64,000 bases of DNA, from positions 1 through 64,000 of the forward strand of contig BROI01000041.1 in assembly GCA_027923505.1 (NCBI GenBank), written 5' to 3'. Positions 62,836 through 64,000 of this stretch are shown one piece after another. The notes under the pieces were generated by a model. The model was not told the DNA's origin and searched no databases. It worked only from the letters and a program-made list of their open reading frames with translations. Every line of letters starts with the position of its first letter. Position 1 is the first letter of the stretch. Source of the DNA: Mayamaea pseudoterrestris. Lineage: Eukaryota. Made by a program: the position numbers and the translations under genes.

Positions 62836-64000
62836 ATGACGACGATTGATGTAACGACCTACAAGCGTGCCGTCGGTAAAGTCTTCGATATTCCGTGGCT
62901 CGCAGCGTCCGCAGCTTGGGATCCAAACGACCCTACCGCAGTGTGTTTCGAGCAAGAGGAACTCACGACTGCGGAGGCGATGGCCGAACTGTCGGAACAA
63001 GACGTGACGAACATTAAGACCCAGTACCAGTGGTCGACGATACGAACAAGCCGATTGCGCAAGCTCATGAGTTGGATTCACGAGCAACGTCGGACGACTG
63101 CGCAATGGCAAGACTTGGAGAAAGACCAGATTACGAGCCGAGACCTCCCAGTAGCGCCGGGGTCACCGACAGCAGGCAACCGCAGTTTCGGAGACTTCAG
63201 CGTTATCGGAGGCAACGACACCACGACGAAACGACACGACATCAAGCTGGATCTGAAGACCATGCTGGAGCTCAAGAACGATCGCAAGTTCTGCTCCTAC
63301 TGGCGGGCCTTCAAGAACCGCATGCGAAGCGAGCGACTTGGCTACTTTTGGGACGACGAGTTCAAGGCACCAGCCGCACTCGACCCCGAATTCGCCGAGT
63401 ATAAGTATCAGTGTTCGAAGCTTTTAGCGGCGCTCGAGTATACCTGCAAGACACCGCAGAGCAAGCTCATTGTCCGCAAGCACATCGACAGCGCGAATGC
63501 CTCAGCGTGCATTGCAGAGTTGGAGGCGACATTCCTCGACGGGATGGCGCGCAAGTTGGATCTACGTTCGGCCGAAGACGAATGGCGCAATTTCACTCTC
63601 GACGCGAGTTACGCCAAGTCTCTCGTCAATTGGCTTATCCAGTGGTCCAGCAAGGAAGAGAACTACAATGACTACGCCGAGGAAACCGAGCTACTTACAG
63701 CAAGCACGAAGCGTCAGATTTTGGAGCGCGCGGTTTTCCGCCATGCGGATATGGCATCGGCGGTGAACATGGCGCTGATCGAAGAGTCCAAGACCGGCAA
63801 CCCGATGACGTACACCCAGTTTTGGAACCTCCTGAACGACGTCGCACGTCAATCTGACAATCGTCGTGGCATCAAGGAGACCGAGAAGCGTCAGGCGAAC
63901 CAATCTGAGCAGACCAAGAAAGAGAAGGAGAAGACGAAGAAGGCAAGCGCGAACAATTCCCAGTCTACGCCAAGTAGCAGCAACAATCAGCAATCCAATC
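62836..64000 (+). CDS. Gag-Pol N-terminus of copy 3 (partial, open to the window end)
   Basis: The ATG sits 492 nt from the LTR start, the same offset as 56152 in copy 2, and the sequence repeats the region from 56152 onward. Confidence 0.9.
   Translation, partial: MTTIDVTTYKRAVGKVFDIPWLAASAAWDPNDPTAVCFEQEELTTAEAMAELSEQDVTNIKTQYQWSTIRTSRLRKLMSWIHEQRRTTAQWQDLEKDQITSRDLPVAPGSPTAGNRSFGDFSVIGGNDTTTKRHDIKLDLKTMLELKNDRKFCSYWRAFKNRMRSERLGYFWDDEFKAPAALDPEFAEYKYQCSKLLAALEYTCKTPQSKLIVRKHIDSANASACIAELEATFLDGMARKLDLRSAEDEWRNFTLDASYAKSLVNWLIQWSSKEENYNDYAEETELLTASTKRQILERAVFRHADMASAVNMALIEESKTGNPMTYTQFWNLLNDVARQSDNRRGIKETEKRQANQSEQTKKEKEKTKKASANNSQSTPSSSNNQQSN

Larger units (their letters stand above)
62344..64000 (+). 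mobile_element. Ty1/copia family 2, copy 3 (5' part, runs off the right edge)
   Basis: A complete LTR (62344-62738) followed by leader and gag sequence that appear identical to copy 2. Confidence 0.95.

Overview
This is eukaryotic repeat-rich (heterochromatic, possibly centromeric) DNA with no recognisable host gene, rRNA, tRNA or CRISPR. About half the window is tandem satellite: SatA (169 bp, with a perfect 19-bp dyad TGGTGACAA-G-TTGTCACCA), SatB (172 bp), a short SatC array (180 bp, alternating as a 360-bp dimer) and a ~242-bp repeat. SatA inverts orientation near 45.2 kb. Embedded in the arrays are Ty1/copia retrotransposons of two families whose protein motifs resemble diatom (CoDi-type) copia elements. 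Family 1 is one frameshifted copy at the left edge. Family 2 has three copies with apparently identical 395-bp LTR units; one has an intact 1953-aa gag-pol ORF and another is nested in that copy's 3' LTR. There is also a Ngaro-like tyrosine-recombinase retrotransposon with split direct repeats inserted precisely into SatC, and an unidentified ORF-bearing island. Most notably, both copia families carry a chromodomain-like module after integrase and sit in nucleosome-sized satellite arrays, suggesting satellite/centromere-targeting copia elements. Several segments look like long-read consensus errors or chimeras, so individual frameshifts should be treated with caution. The host taxon (diatom/stramenopile-like) is inferred from TE motifs only.
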